Below, piece by piece: positions 1-12,399 of a stretch of DNA of 64,000 bases. The first letter of the stretch is position 1. Every line of letters begins with the position of its first letter. The notes below the pieces were generated by a model. The model was not told where the DNA came from, searched no databases, and was given only the letters and a program-made list of their open reading frames with translations. Source of the stretch: Octopus sinensis (Eukaryota); contig NC_042999.1 in the NCBI RefSeq assembly GCF_006345805.1, positions 23,808,001 through 23,872,000 on the forward strand, read 5' to 3'. A program made the translations under genes and the position numbers.

Positions 1-3000
1 CAGTGAAACCAGGCTCTCCGACCCGCAGGAACTCGCAGCCCTTTTCGGCGGATACGAGATATTTCTATCTCCGTGTCGGCCGGGAGCGGGCGGTGGTGGT
101 ACTGCGGTGTTGTTTCGGAAGGGCCTGGACTTGAAAATAAGGACAGTCTTCTTGGATCCGGAAGGTAAGTTGGTGGTCCTCGACGTGGACGGTAGTGACG
201 GCGGTGCTTTCAGACTGCTGGCTGCCTACGTTCCGACAGGAGCAGGGCAGTCGGATTATTTCAAACGTCTGGAAGTTTTCCTGGGAACGTCACGCACTCT
301 AGTGCTAGTTGGGGATTGGAACGCTGTCTTAGACGAACGTTTCGATCGGGTGGGCAGGGGAGCGTCTGATAGGAGAGGGGGAGGGTGCAAGAGCCTCGCC
401 AATCTACTCGGCCGCTTTCAGCTGTCCGACAGGTTTCGACTAGACAACCCGAATGTGCCAATGTGGACTTGGACCAACCGCATCGGGTCGTCTAGATCGT
501 ACTTAGATAGAGTGTTTTGTAGGCCAGCGGATAAGGACAGCGTAGGGTGTCCACAATTCCACCTAGTCGAATATACGGACCACAAATTAGTGATCTGTAC
601 GGTCGACTTAGATAGGCTACATAGACAGGGATCCGGCTACTGGAAGCTGAACGCGTCGTTAACGACGTGCAAAGCTTACAGAGACCGGATTAGTTTACTA
701 GTTAAGCGGGCGCTCACAGGGGCAATCATCAACAACAACTGGCGGTTTGCCCTCAAGAGAGCAATTAGAGTAGAGTCGATTAGGTATAGTAAGACTCTAG
801 CTATTGAACGTGGGAAGAGAGAGCGGGATTTAGTTAAGAAACTAGACGAGGCTCTCGACACTGGCATCGCGACCGACGTGTTGGCGGTAAGGTTGGCCCT
901 CGACCAACACTTCGACGCCAAACACGAAGGCTGCGTTGTCAGAGCTAAGGTACGTTCGCTAAGCGGGGAGGGGACTAGAGCCGCTCGATGGGCCCGCGTG
1001 GCGGAGGCGAAGCGAGGCAACAAAGCAACCATTCGGTCTTTGGTGGACCAGAACGAGCGCGAGGTTACCGAACCGAAGCAGATGTGTACGGTGCTTCAGC
1101 GGCACTTTGCTCAACTGTTTGGGACGAGCGGTGGAACGGACACCAACGGTACAGACATCGGTGTGTACCTGGACGGACTGCCGCAACTCTCGGACAGCGA
1201 GGCAGAGTGCTGCGAAGGACCGATATCTGCCTGGGAAGTGCAGGAAGCGATGAAGAGTTGTACGAGAGGTAGATCGCCGGGTTTGGATGGTCTGCCCTAC
1301 GAGCTTTACGTTTCAATGCCAGACTTGTTTGCGGGCCTGTTGGCAAACGTCTACTGCAACTGGCAGCAAAACGGGAGAATTCCTGCTTTTGTCTGTCGAG
1401 GGGTGGTGGCTTTTCTGAAGAAGGACACAAACAAGGGGGACGTTATAGGGAATTTCCGGCCCATCACTCTGCTCAATGCAGAGTTGAAGATTTTAGCCAA
1501 GGTGCTAGCCAAGAGATTGGTCGGCAAGACGCAGACATGCGCCGTGCCGACCAGGTCGATACACGACAACCTCCATCTCATGCGCTACATCATAGATAGG
1601 GTGGGTAACGACGCTGGCGCGGGTGGGGCTTTGATCAACTTGGATCAGAGTAAAGCCTTCGATAGAGTCGACCATCGGTACCTGGCAGCTGTCCTCAAGG
1701 CAGCCGGCTTCGGTCCAGTCTTCCGCGGGTGGATAGCTGCTTTATACAGCAACATCTGCTCGGTGATACGGGTGAACGGTCACCTTTCGGAACCGTTCGA
1801 CATCTCGCGTTCGGTCCGCCAAGGATGCCCTCTCTCCTCCCTCTTGTACATTTTGACTCTCGAGCCATTACTGCGCAAGTTGGAGGCTTTGAGGGGTATC
1901 CCGCGCGATCTAGGAGGCGGAAACAGCGTGTCTGCTTATGCCGACGACGTCACCGTGGTGGTGTCGAGCCACAGGCACATTGGCCTGATTGGCGAGACGC
2001 TAAACCAGTACGAAGCGGTGACAGGGGCAAAGATTAACGCGGAAAAGTCTGTGGGCTTGCAACTGGGCACCTGGAGAGGCAAGCCCATGCCGTCCAACAG
2101 CGTCGTAGGGCGCTGGACAGACGGACCCGTTAAACTGCTCGGGGTCTGGTTCGGTCCGGACCTCCAGGTGGATAAGAACTGGGAAGAGGTGACGAGCAGG
2201 GTGGCACGTCTCACCCAGAAATGGGCCGAGAGGAAGCTGTCCCTGAAAGGTCGAGCGGAGGTGGCGAATGCGTACATCGCATCCGTCATCTATTACCGCT
2301 TGACCGTCGTCCCTTGTCCCGACCGCTGGTTGGCCAAGCTGGTACGCCTGCTCTTCGACTTTTTGTGGAAGGGTCAGGTGCCACTGGTCAGGCGATCCAT
2401 CTGCTGTCAACGACCGCTGAACGGAGGCCTTGGAATGCCGTGGTTGCTGTTGCGCAGACATGCGCTCAGGCTGCGGCATCTCAAGCGCTTCCTAGACGGT
2501 GAACAGGTGTGGTCGTCTTTTGTCAGACGCGATTTTCCGCAGCTCGTCTCTTTGGCGGAGCTGCAGACCTGGATCAAACGTAGACCTAGAAAGGGCGCTT
2601 GGCACCTCGAGTGCCGTCAAGCCCTCTCCGCCCTCCGTCGGGCGGGCAATGCGATCGGTTACAGCTCCACTCTAGCGTTCTATAGAGGGTTAGTGGAGGA
2701 AAAATGCGACGACGTTCTCGGGGAAACTCTAGGCGTTGAAGATGACGAACCGTGCGGTCTGTTCGGGAGGACTTTCGGGCCGGGGCTCGCCTGGCAATGC
2801 TACCGGGCCGGTCGCTCGCCTGGCAGTGCTACCGAGGGGCTCTGCCTGTTCGAGATAAACTCTACTGGCACGGAAGTGCCGTCAGCCGGGCTTGCTCGAG
2901 GTGTTGCCAGGACGACGAAACCGTTCTGCACGCACTCGTCCAGTGCCCGAGTATTGCTGAAATATGGGTTTACGTCGAACAGCTAATGTCACGTGTAGGA

Positions 3001-3134
3001 CGGATCCGACTATCGGCCAAATCCATAGTGAAGATTGCCCCGCCGACCTCCTTTAACAAGGAGGGCGAGGCCGTTTTCTTGTGCCTAGTGGCTGTGGCGA
3101 AAGAGGTCGTGTGGTGGACTCGTTTGAAAGGGCT
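1..3134 (+). mobile_element. Tx1/L1-clade non-LTR retrotransposon ORF2 (APE endonuclease, reverse transcriptase, RT zinc finger); runs in from the left edge, 3' end missing
   Basis: The frame of ORF 107..2986 is open from base 2 (SETRLSDPQ...). APE motifs GDWN, SYLD and TDH; RT motifs PGLDG, FRPITLLN, DQSKAFD, QGCPLS and YADD. The C-terminal HALVQC zinc-finger region continues in the 2752..3336 frame. Confidence 0.93.
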
Positions 3135-3203
3135 AAATAATAATAATAATAATAATGATAATAATAATAATAATAATAATAATATAATAATAATAATAAT
3201 AAT

Positions 3204-3234
<31 letters not shown>

Positions 3235-3290
3235 TTAATAATGATAATAATACAAATAATAATGATAATAATAATAATGATAATAATACT
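3135..3290. repeat. (AAT)n microsatellite
   Basis: Direct reading of the sequence. Confidence 0.97.
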
Positions 3291-3862
3291 GATGCAGTAC
3301 CAGGCAGTGGCTCTCATGGCTTCTGATCTTAACTGATTGGAAGTGTTATCATGTACATTGTTTTGTCTTGGTATAAAAGATGGGCTACAGCAAATATTCT
3401 GCTCAATGCCACAGATTTGCTTGTCAGTTGTTTGACCGTAACCAGTTGACCATGTCCCTTAGTGGCTGACGATATGTGCATCTCTGATCACGAGCAGAAT
3501 TAGTGGGGGAGCATCATAGACATGTGTTGAGAGGGATTGTTTGGGGTTTGAATAGTTCACCTCTGGAAACATGGGTGGTTCTTTCAACATCCTTAAACAA
3601 CCCTTATTCAGGGACCGTTTGAGCGGGATGGGCTACTCAACCTGAAGAAAATTCTAACTGGGCCCCACCTGCAAGGTCATGTGCTGTTTATCTTGATATG
3701 AGATCACCATGTCGCGCACATATGATTGTGATGCATGTGCCTGGTGTACCTTTATCAGACGGGTAGTCATGATGGGTATATTGGGCTTCGTATATTTTAC
3801 CCCAGTGTCACTTTGATGGCATGAACTGCTCTCTCACTCAATAATAATAATAATAATAATAA
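3291..3862 (+). mobile_element. Probable 3' UTR fragment of a non-LTR retrotransposon, flanked by and ending in (AAT)n
   Basis: About 550 bp of mixed-base sequence between two (AAT)n tracts, with no ORF. The family assignment is inference only. Confidence 0.45.
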
Positions 3863-4321
3863 AAGAATAAGAATATCGATATGTCTTTATGTTATGTAAT
3901 ATGATTTAAAACAAGCCTTGAACGTGATTAAGTAAACTGGCAACAGATGCCATAAGGCGTGTACTTAATCATTGAGGTTCTAAAAATGCGTTAAAACAAC
4001 AGTTCACTTATTGAACGTTGTGTCAGAATGTTGATGATTATCTGTAAGAATTGAAATAAATATTGACAATGTTTTCAAACGTGATTTCAAACATTAAAAA
4101 GTAAACACCTGTCAGTATTAAGTTTATTTTCTTGTTTTCTTCTTTCTTCCTTTTTCTTTTATAGGAATCCAATAAAAGAAACGAAACACTGCAGCACACA
4201 TGCACACATGCACATACGCATGCACGAACATATATACTCATACACTTCCACACACAAACACACGTAAAACACACATATATATATAATCAATAATTATATA
4301 TGCATATATGCATATTCTTTT

Positions 4322-4497
4322 ACTCTTTTACTTGTTTCAGTCATTTGACTGCGGCCATGCTGGAGCACCACCTTTTAATCGAGCAACTCGACCCCGGGAC
4401 TTATTCTTTTGTAAGCCCAGTACTTATTCTATCGGTCTCTTTTGCCGAACCGCTAAGTAACGGGGACATAAACACTAGGGGACAAACACACACACGC

Positions 4498-4530
<33 letters not shown>

Positions 4531-4670
4531 TACGACGGGCTTCTTTCAGTTTCGGTCTTTCAAAATCCACTCACAAGGCTTTGGTCGGCCCGAGGCTATA
4601 GTAGGAGACACTTGCCCAAGGTGCCACGCAGTGGGACTGAACCCGGAACCATGTGGTTGGTAGACAAGCT
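4322..4670 (-). mobile_element. SINE family A (tRNA-like head, central microsatellite, LINE-like tail), 5'-truncated
   Basis: Matches many other copies in the window; tail GGCGGTGCTCCAGCATGGCCGCAGTCAAATGACTGAAAC followed by (AAGAGTAA)n. Confidence 0.88.
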
Positions 4671-4695
4671 AGACGTAAACATACATACATATATA

Positions 4696-4731
<36 letters not shown>

Positions 4732-5004
4732 TGTATGTATATATAAATCCACACGCGCACATATAATTCGATTGATGTATGAAGATACCAATTTCGGTGA
4801 TATAAAAAACAAACTTGTATGCACGTGCGAGCATGTTGGCTTGTATGCATATAGATATACACACATATCTACAAACATGCACACACACACACACACACAC
4901 ACACACCACACATACATAGAGATAAACACGTATAAAAATCAAGGCCATATACACGCTTATACAAATACATACACTTGCTTACATTCACACACGCACACAG
5001 GCAC

Positions 5005-5047
<43 letters not shown>

Positions 5048-5121
5048 TATATACATCCCTCTATATATAGATGTGAAGATATGAGGAACGTACATCATTT
5101 GCCGAGTATTCACAGAGCAAC

Positions 5122-5161
5122 ATGTTTAACGTAGGAGCATTCAAACTGCTTGCAATAATTG
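5122..5161 (+). CDS. Gene A exon 1, signal peptide start (MFNVGAFKLLAII)
   Basis: ATG at 5122, hydrophobic stretch, donor G|GTAAGA, ends in phase 1. Confidence 0.72.
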
Positions 5162-5274
5162 GTAAGATCAAATCTTCACTATTCAACAAAAGATCTTATT
5201 TTCATTGTAGATTTCTTACAAAGAACGCGTCTTTTGTTCTGTTCATTTCTAACATTCTGGTTTCTTTATTTCAG

Positions 5275-5313
5275 CTTTCCCTGCGATTATTCTGCCAGCC
5301 AGAGGAGGTGCCA
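5275..5313 (+). CDS. Gene A exon 2, end of signal peptide ((A)FPAIILPARGGA)
   Basis: Acceptor TTTATTTCAG, donor GTAAGT, 39 nt, phase 1 to phase 1. Confidence 0.72.
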
Positions 5314-5393
5314 GTAAGTATATACACATATATATATATAAACAACTTGATGATAATATAAGTTAAATTTTTAAAAAGCAAGTTTAATATCTA

Positions 5394-5849
5394 TTGGGTT
5401 GCCCGGAAAGTTCATGCCGATCTTTAAAGGAAAGAAAAAGGTCAATAAATTCTTGCCATTACATTTTTAATCAACCAAATATGAACCATTTTGTTGCACA
5501 ATTTTTCCTTTAACTTGAAAATACTTATTTCTTTACTACCCACAAGGGGTTAAACACAGAGGGGACAAACAAGGACACAGAAAGGTATTAAGTCAATTAA
5601 TGTGTTTAGTTGATACTTAATTTATCGACCCCGAAAGGATGAAAGGTAAAGTCGACCTCGGCGGAATTTGAACTCCGAACGTAACGGCGGACGAAATACT
5701 GCTAAGCATTTCGCTTGGCGTGCTAACGTTTCCGCAAGTTCGCCGCCTTATTAACTTGAAAATACCATCTTCTCAGAACTGAGGTGCCTGGGAGGGTAAG
5801 TCGAAAGGTAAGCTACTATAAATCGGCACGAACTTTCCGGACAACCCAA
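5394..5849. mobile_element. Tc1/mariner-type MITE
   Basis: 28-bp TIRs at 5394-5421 and 5822-5849 with 2 mismatches; TA on both flanks. Confidence 0.85.
5525..5750 (-). mobile_element. SINE family B nested in the MITE
   Basis: 15-bp TSD TTAACTTGAAAATAC at 5510-5524 and 5751-5765; B-box-like GAGTTCAAATTCC on the minus strand. Confidence 0.88.
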
Positions 5850-5894
5850 TATTTAATTTAGGGATATCAGAACATTATTCTACGAATAATATCA

Positions 5895-6272
5895 TAGATA
5901 CATGTCACTGGCACAAGAACTCGAGGACGACTTCATCTTCGTTTCAAGGAGGTCTGCGAGAGAGATATGAATTCGCTTTATCCGGACGTCCTGAGGTGGA
6001 TGGATGTAGCAAATAATGGCCGCCATTAGAGATATTGAAAAGGGGATGAATGAGGGGAAGAAAAACAGGAACTCACCACAAAAAAAAAGTACACCCGACG
6101 GAAGGTAAAACCAGTTGCGTCGGCAGAGAGCTCCTTCAAATGTAGTCGGTTCATGCGTGACAGCCACTCCTGTGTGGGCATTTAAAACCACAGCAGACGA
6201 AGTGCCGTTACCAGCTGCTGACACTATTTCTTCGGACGCAGATCCACGGACTCTCGAGACCACCGAATGTCT
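5895..6272 (+). mobile_element. RTE-clade LINE 3' fragment, degenerate
   Basis: Translates to GTRTRGRLHLRFKEVCERDM...FKCSRFMRDSHSCVG, resembling the RTE C-terminus. Confidence 0.65.
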
Positions 6273-6311
6273 ACGTGCATGCATACATACATACATACAT
6301 ACATACATACA

Positions 6312-6345
<34 letters not shown>

Positions 6346-7210
6346 CATACATGTATACATATATACATAGATACATACATACATAGATACATAATACATA
6401 CATATATACATACATACATACTATATACATAGATATATACATACATACATACACACATGCATACATAGATATATACATACATATATAATTATATACATGT
6501 ATACATATATACATAGATACATACATACATACATACAAACATACATACAACATACATACATACATACATACATACATACATACATAGATATATACATACA
6601 TATATACATACATGTATACATATATACATAGATACATACATACATACATACATGCATGCATACATATATATATAGATACATACATATACACATGCATACA
6701 TAGATATATACATACATATATATATATATATATACATGTATACATATATACATAGATACATACATACATATATAGATACATACATGCATACATATATACA
6801 TACATACATACATACATACATACGTACATACATGCATACGTACGTACATGCATACATACATACATACATAAATACATACATACATGCATACGTACTTACA
6901 TACATAAATACATACATACATGAATACATAAATACATACATACATATATACAAACATACATATATACATACATACACACATACATACATACATACATACA
7001 TATATACATACATACATACATACATACATACATGCATACGTACGTACATGCACACATACATACATACATACATACATACATAAATACATACATACATATA
7101 TATAAACATACATATATACATACATACACATATATACATACATATATACATACATATATACATACATATATACATACACACACATACATACATACATGCA
7201 TACGTACATG
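6273..7210. repeat. Complex (CATA)n satellite-like microsatellite block; a further block lies at about 7645-7950
   Basis: Direct reading; source of the YIHT/MYVC junk ORFs. Confidence 0.97.
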
Positions 7211-7336
7211 CAAAAGAGACCGATGGAATAAGTACTTGGCTTACAAAGAATAAGTCCCGGGTCGAGCTGCTTGACTAAAGGCGGTGTTCCAGCATGGCGC
7301 AGTCAAATGACTGAAACAAGTAAAAGAGTAAAAGAG
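7211..7336 (+). mobile_element. SINE family A, 3' part
   Basis: Tail sequence matches other copies. Confidence 0.8.
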
Positions 7337-7346
7337 AAAGAGTTAC

Positions 7347-7471
7347 CTGTAATCCAGCGAATCTGGCTTTCGCCGACATGCAAGCATGTAAGCAGTACTC
7401 AATAGAACGTGAACTAGCAACCATGCGCATGGCTGGAGAATGATATGAATCCTTAAAGCAACCAACATAAC
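7347..7471 (-). CDS. Gene A exon 3, N-terminal half of the WSC domain, on the opposite strand
   Basis: Minus strand reads TTATTTCAG|GT-YVGCFKDSYHSPAMRMVASSRSIEYCLHACMSAKARFAGLQ|GTAACT; 125 nt, phase 1 to phase 0. Confidence 0.85.
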
Positions 7472-7843
7472 CTGAAATAAAGAAATAACGAACAGTTTTA
7501 ACAATATTTTCTAAATAATATCTACTCTATTTCTGTTGCGCTTATTGTATTTAACATTCTAAGTATAGAACACAATTGAATATGAAATCCATTATATTTG
7601 TATATGTAAATACCTAAATATTGTACGTTTACAAGTAGGGTAGTACATACATACATACATACATACATACATACATACATACATACATACATGCATACAT
7701 TCATACATATATACATGCATACATACATGCATACATACATACATACACGCATACAAAGATACATGCATACATGCATGCATGCATACATACATTCATACAT
7801 ACATACATATATACATGCATACATACATACATACATACATACA

Positions 7844-7877
<34 letters not shown>

Positions 7878-7949
7878 CATACATGCATTCATACATACAT
7901 GCATACATATATACATGCATACATACATACATAAATACATACATACATA

Positions 7950-8840
7950 TATTTCTAAGTATTACAGCCGATTAAAGAAAATTTGGACCTTAGAACTCTC
8001 TCCATTCAATAAAACAGTGACCCACAATGTGTTTGCAGTGCCAGTTCTCTTACCAGCATTTGAGCGCTTGATGAGATCCGAGCTATTTATGTGAAAACTC
8101 GAAAAATACTAACATGCACACATAATTTCCACATAAACAGTGACGTAAACTGCTTCTGCCTAAAACGAAAACAAGGTGGCAGAGGTTTAAAATCGATCCA
8201 AAATGTCGCAACATTTTTTAACCACCAAGCATCGAAGTGCATCTTTTGACCAAGTTTGCATACATGGGGCTGATAACATTATAAGACGTGGAAAGCAGCT
8301 CTTTGAGCAACACTCTTTGTCTGATAACCTGGAATACATGCCCAAAGAAATCGTACAACTCTACCGCAACTTATCATCAGATGAATACATGAGCCTATAT
8401 GAGCGGAAGACTACGCATGGATATGTTACTAGAAATCTCCGTGATGATAGTAACATCGATCATCAAAGCAGTTTATCATGGACGAGTAGCCGGATTACTA
8501 CTTCCCAGGATGTACAAAAGGGATAGAGACGCAGGAAAAGCCGTAAAATGTGACAACCGATGCAGCCTTTGTGGAGTTCACAGTGAAGATATCACCCACA
8601 TCATAAGCAGTTGTCCGTCATGTCATCACGGAATTATCTACCGATGAGACATGACGCTGTGGCTAGGACACTCAATAATGAAATCCGTCGGAAGGGTTAT
8701 CCCGAGGACAAAGAAATAAGAACCCACAATATGGTTGAAGCCATAGCCACTCATAATGAAAAGGAATACTGGTGGAATGTCCCAGTGAAGACCTCAATAA
8801 AGTGTAAGCACAACAGACCTGATATAATGATTTGGAATTT
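7950..8840 (+). mobile_element. R4/Dong-type non-LTR retrotransposon fragment (end of RT, CCHC knuckle, restriction-like endonuclease), frameshifted
   Basis: YYSRLKKIW, GGRGL, CSLCG..EDITHIISSC, RHDAVA and NRPDI motifs spread over ORFs 7771-8919. Confidence 0.8.
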
Positions 8841-8986
8841 CAACATCAACAAGAGGGATTTTCTGCAAGGATTGTCTCATCAAAATTTAATATATCAAAC
8901 CAGTGTATATCTTGGATAAATATCCCTATAAGTGTTTTGAATATTCTCATTGTGACTATATGTACATTCACACATACCTACATATA

Positions 8987-9019
<33 letters not shown>

Positions 9020-9066
9020 CACTCATACATACAAATATATATATATATATAGATATACATATATAG

Positions 9067-9161
<95 letters not shown>

Positions 9162-9237
9162 CATACATATATCACCGTGACCGACCAGGCTATCAGATGT
9201 TGCTACAGAATGCACTTCGCATTGCTTTAGCCTTTTT

Positions 9238-9955
9238 CTTTACCGATTACATTAGGGATAATTTCAAATGTCTTAGCTCTGGTGCGCTAAAAATTCCGGA
9301 AGCGAAGAACTGCTGTAAATAATTTACTGCGGTTAGTGCTGCCTATTAGAGAACATATTTATTTTAATATTTAAAAAATGAGGGAGATAAAGTAATATTA
9401 ATTTAATTAACACCAATTTAAAACCAGTAGCCTAGCATACAAAAGTCTGAAAAATCAGAGAAAATTCTAATACATGTGTATATTCAAAGGGCAAGACCGC
9501 TAGGTAGTCGGCCGTATGCTAGAAATAGATCACCAACGATCAAACTACAAAGAATATTCTCTAGAGGAAAATTCAGCAGACACCAGAACAATTAGGCAGG
9601 CAAGACATATGATAATTATATAAAAAAACATAATTACTCACGACCGGCGGTTTCAACTATTAACAAAAGAATTACTTATATAATCCAATTGTCCGTAGTT
9701 TCGTCAGTATGATCGTTCCGACAGGTAATGTAATTTGAAAAACTAACCCCAGCTTTCTGTGCCAAAACAGACACGTGTTTAGTTTTACCGATTACATTAG
9801 GGATAATTTCAAATGTCTTAGCTCTGGTGCGCTAAAAATTCCGGAAGCAAAGAGCTGCAGTAAATAATTTACTGCGGTTAGTGCTGCCTATTAGAGAACA
9901 TATTTATTTTAATATTTAAAAATTAAGGAAATAAATTAATATTAATTTATCTCCC
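9238..9955 (-). mobile_element. Tandem Penelope-type terminal repeats (about 170-bp direct repeat, 545 bp apart)
   Basis: 9238-9410 is similar to 9783-9955; a hammerhead-like motif lies between them; a Penelope ORF lies about 1 kb to the right. Confidence 0.6.
9638..9712 (-). ncRNA. Type I hammerhead-like motif with a bulged helix I
   Basis: Minus strand: TCAT-a-CTGACGA-AACTA...TAGTT-GAAAC-cgccg-GTC-GTGA. Confidence 0.5.
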
Positions 9956-9966
9956 GCATTTTTTAA

Positions 9967-10002
<36 letters not shown>

Positions 10003-10062
10003 ATGCATGCATACATACATACATGCATGCATGCATACATACATGCATACATACATACATAA

Positions 10063-10108
<46 letters not shown>

Positions 10109-10625
10109 AAAAAATGAAGTTCGAAAATGCTGCTGTATTATACAATTTTTAATTTTTATATATACATTATAACATGTTTCAGTTCCTGAAATGAACCTTA
10201 TCAAAAAAGTTATATATAAAAAAAGACAGCTCATGCCGTCAAACACAAGAAATTCATTATAATACACAACGGAGTCAGACATCTTAGAGTTCATGTATAG
10301 TTGATATATAGTTCATGTATAGTTGATATATAGTTTGAAGTATATGTCAAAGTGTTCGATGCAGTGGCCCACGGTGGCGATACGTATTCAATACAAAAAA
10401 CAGATCAAAGTGGTGGAAAGCGGTCAATACAGAAGATTGATGTTTCCGACAGAGCGAGGAATTCATTTTTACCTTAAGCAAATGTGGTGACCCATGGTGG
10501 ATGTTCGCTGGGTGGTTCTAATGAGTTTTTTGTGAAGTGCTCGGTTTTATAATGCCTGTTAGGTGGTCAATCCAGCGTAGCGTGACGTCATCAACGTTTT
10601 GACCAATCGTTTCGTTAGGTGGCTT

Positions 10626-10820
10626 TAGTCAAGTAGAACGGGACGTCATCATTATTTTGACCAATCGCTGCATTATAACTGCCTCTTGTTTGTTTCCTGT
10701 TTTGACCAGTCGCTTCGTTAGTCAAGTAGAACGGGACGTCATCATTATTTTGACCAATCGCTGCATTATAACTGCCTCTTGTTTGTTTCCTGTTTTGACC
10801 AGTCGCTTCGTTAGTCAAGC
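10626..10820. repeat. 93-bp tandem repeat (two units plus a partial unit)
   Basis: TAGTCAAG recurs at 10626, 10719 and 10812 with identical units. Confidence 0.92.
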
Positions 10821-10968
10821 GTCATGCAGATTCTGCCCAATCACGACTTATAGCTACATTAGATCTGCCCCCTGTCTGTACTTGTTAGGTGACTATTCAA
10901 GCAGAAAAGGACGTCATCAATTTTGACAATGACTGTCCCCTGTTTGTATCCTGTCCATTCTAGCTGAG

Positions 10969-12170
10969 CTAGACGTCATCAACTGTTGACCAATCAGAAT
11001 CGGGTCTGACCCTTAGCTGTATCGTATGTATCAGGGTCAGATTTGCACGAAAGAATTTTTCTCCTTTTTTACTTAGGCATATTTCCGTCAGAGTGAGTGT
11101 CTGTTTGAAGTAGCGGCCGTGGTGGATGGAATTTTGCTTCTCCTTTTCGGAGGACTTATCTTTTGTTTTAGTATTCCTGGCCAGGGTGTTTAAACTTGGT
11201 CTAAATTTTTTTATGAAATATAGTTCTTTATTTTGGCGTTGTGTGAAGGTTGCGTTGTCACTGAATTTATAGAGCGGGTTAGTTGTAAATTTCGGATTTA
11301 CATTTCCAGCACATCTATCTATGTGTCCGCTGACCGGTATTTTGCGGTAATCAGGGTTTCTAATTTGTGAGTTATGCACCGCCATCCGTTACGTAAGCTA
11401 TTTTTTGTATGGCCTATATACTGCCTATTGCAGCCTGCGCATGTTATGACGTAAATTAAGTTTTCTGATGCGCAGGTGAAGTTTGTTCTAATGGTGAACT
11501 GGTGGCCTTGTTCCAGTATAATTCTGATCCTTCTTTCAAGATGACACAGATTCCGCAGTTGGGCCTTCCACATTTTCTAACTGCTGGTTTTGTGGTTGAT
11601 GTTGAGTGCAGTGTAGCTTGGGTTAAAATCCTTTTCAAGGATTTTGGTTGCCGTTTACTTTTAATGATGGTGTGGTTTCGAGGATCCGGTTCATCTTTGG
11701 GTCTCCCTTTAGTAGGGCTGTGCTTTGTAGTATGGTGTTGAAGGCCTCATTGTTGAGTGGGTTGTGTGTAGAGATGTAGGGAAGGGTTTTTAATTGTTCT
11801 TCTTTTTTGGTTTTGTTTGTCTCAGGTCTTCTATACTTAATTTAAGTACCCGTTGGATTGCACTGTCTATTAGGGGCTGTGGATAGTTTCTATTTGTGAG
11901 TGTGGTTCTAAGTTCCTGGAGACGTGTGTGTCGGGTGTTTGTGTCTGATATTATGGTGCAAATCCTTCTAGCTAAACAAAAAGGGACATTCATTCTAGTG
12001 TGCGTGGGTGGCATGAATCAAAGGGTAGGTACTATTTAGAGTCTGTCGGTTTATAGTAGATATCTGTCTCTATTTTGTTGCCGGGTTCTTAATGAGGATG
12101 TCTAAAAATGGTAATTCTTTTTCGTTGTGGTCCATCGTGAATTGTATATTGTCATTTATTCCATTTAATA
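10969..12170 (-). mobile_element. Penelope-like element fragment (RT thumb and GIY-YIG endonuclease), 5'-truncated and frameshifted
   Basis: NVPFCLARRICTII and NYPQPLIDSAIQR; FTCASENLIYVITCAGCNRQYIGHT (GIY-YIG). Confidence 0.85.
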
Positions 12171-12180
12171 GTATTTATAC

Positions 12181-12213
<33 letters not shown>

Positions 12214-12237
12214 TAATATATATATATTATATATATA

Positions 12238-12278
<41 letters not shown>

Positions 12279-12399
12279 TATATATACATGTAAGTTTTTT
12301 CAGTTTCAATAACTTTCTTTGTGTTTGTGTTTGCCCTTTTGGCTAATTAACAGATTAGAATTTATTTGATGTAATTATCTATTTTATTTATGCATTCAG

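Noticed and set aside
2752-2986. Programmed ribosomal frameshift in Tx1 ORF2
   Set aside because: There is no slippery heptamer, the shift is explained by a local duplication, and the sister copy lacks it.
1-3134. GC-rich block as bacterial contamination or horizontal transfer
   Set aside because: It is a typical eukaryotic Tx1 LINE, and a second decayed copy lies in the same window.
4038-10294. Many long ORFs made of YIHT, MYVC, HTHT or IYIY repeats (also at 27 kb, 29.4 kb, 51-53 kb and 62-63 kb)
   Set aside because: They are translations of (CATA)n, (TA)n, (CA)n and (CTAT)n microsatellites, which lack stop codons in some frames.
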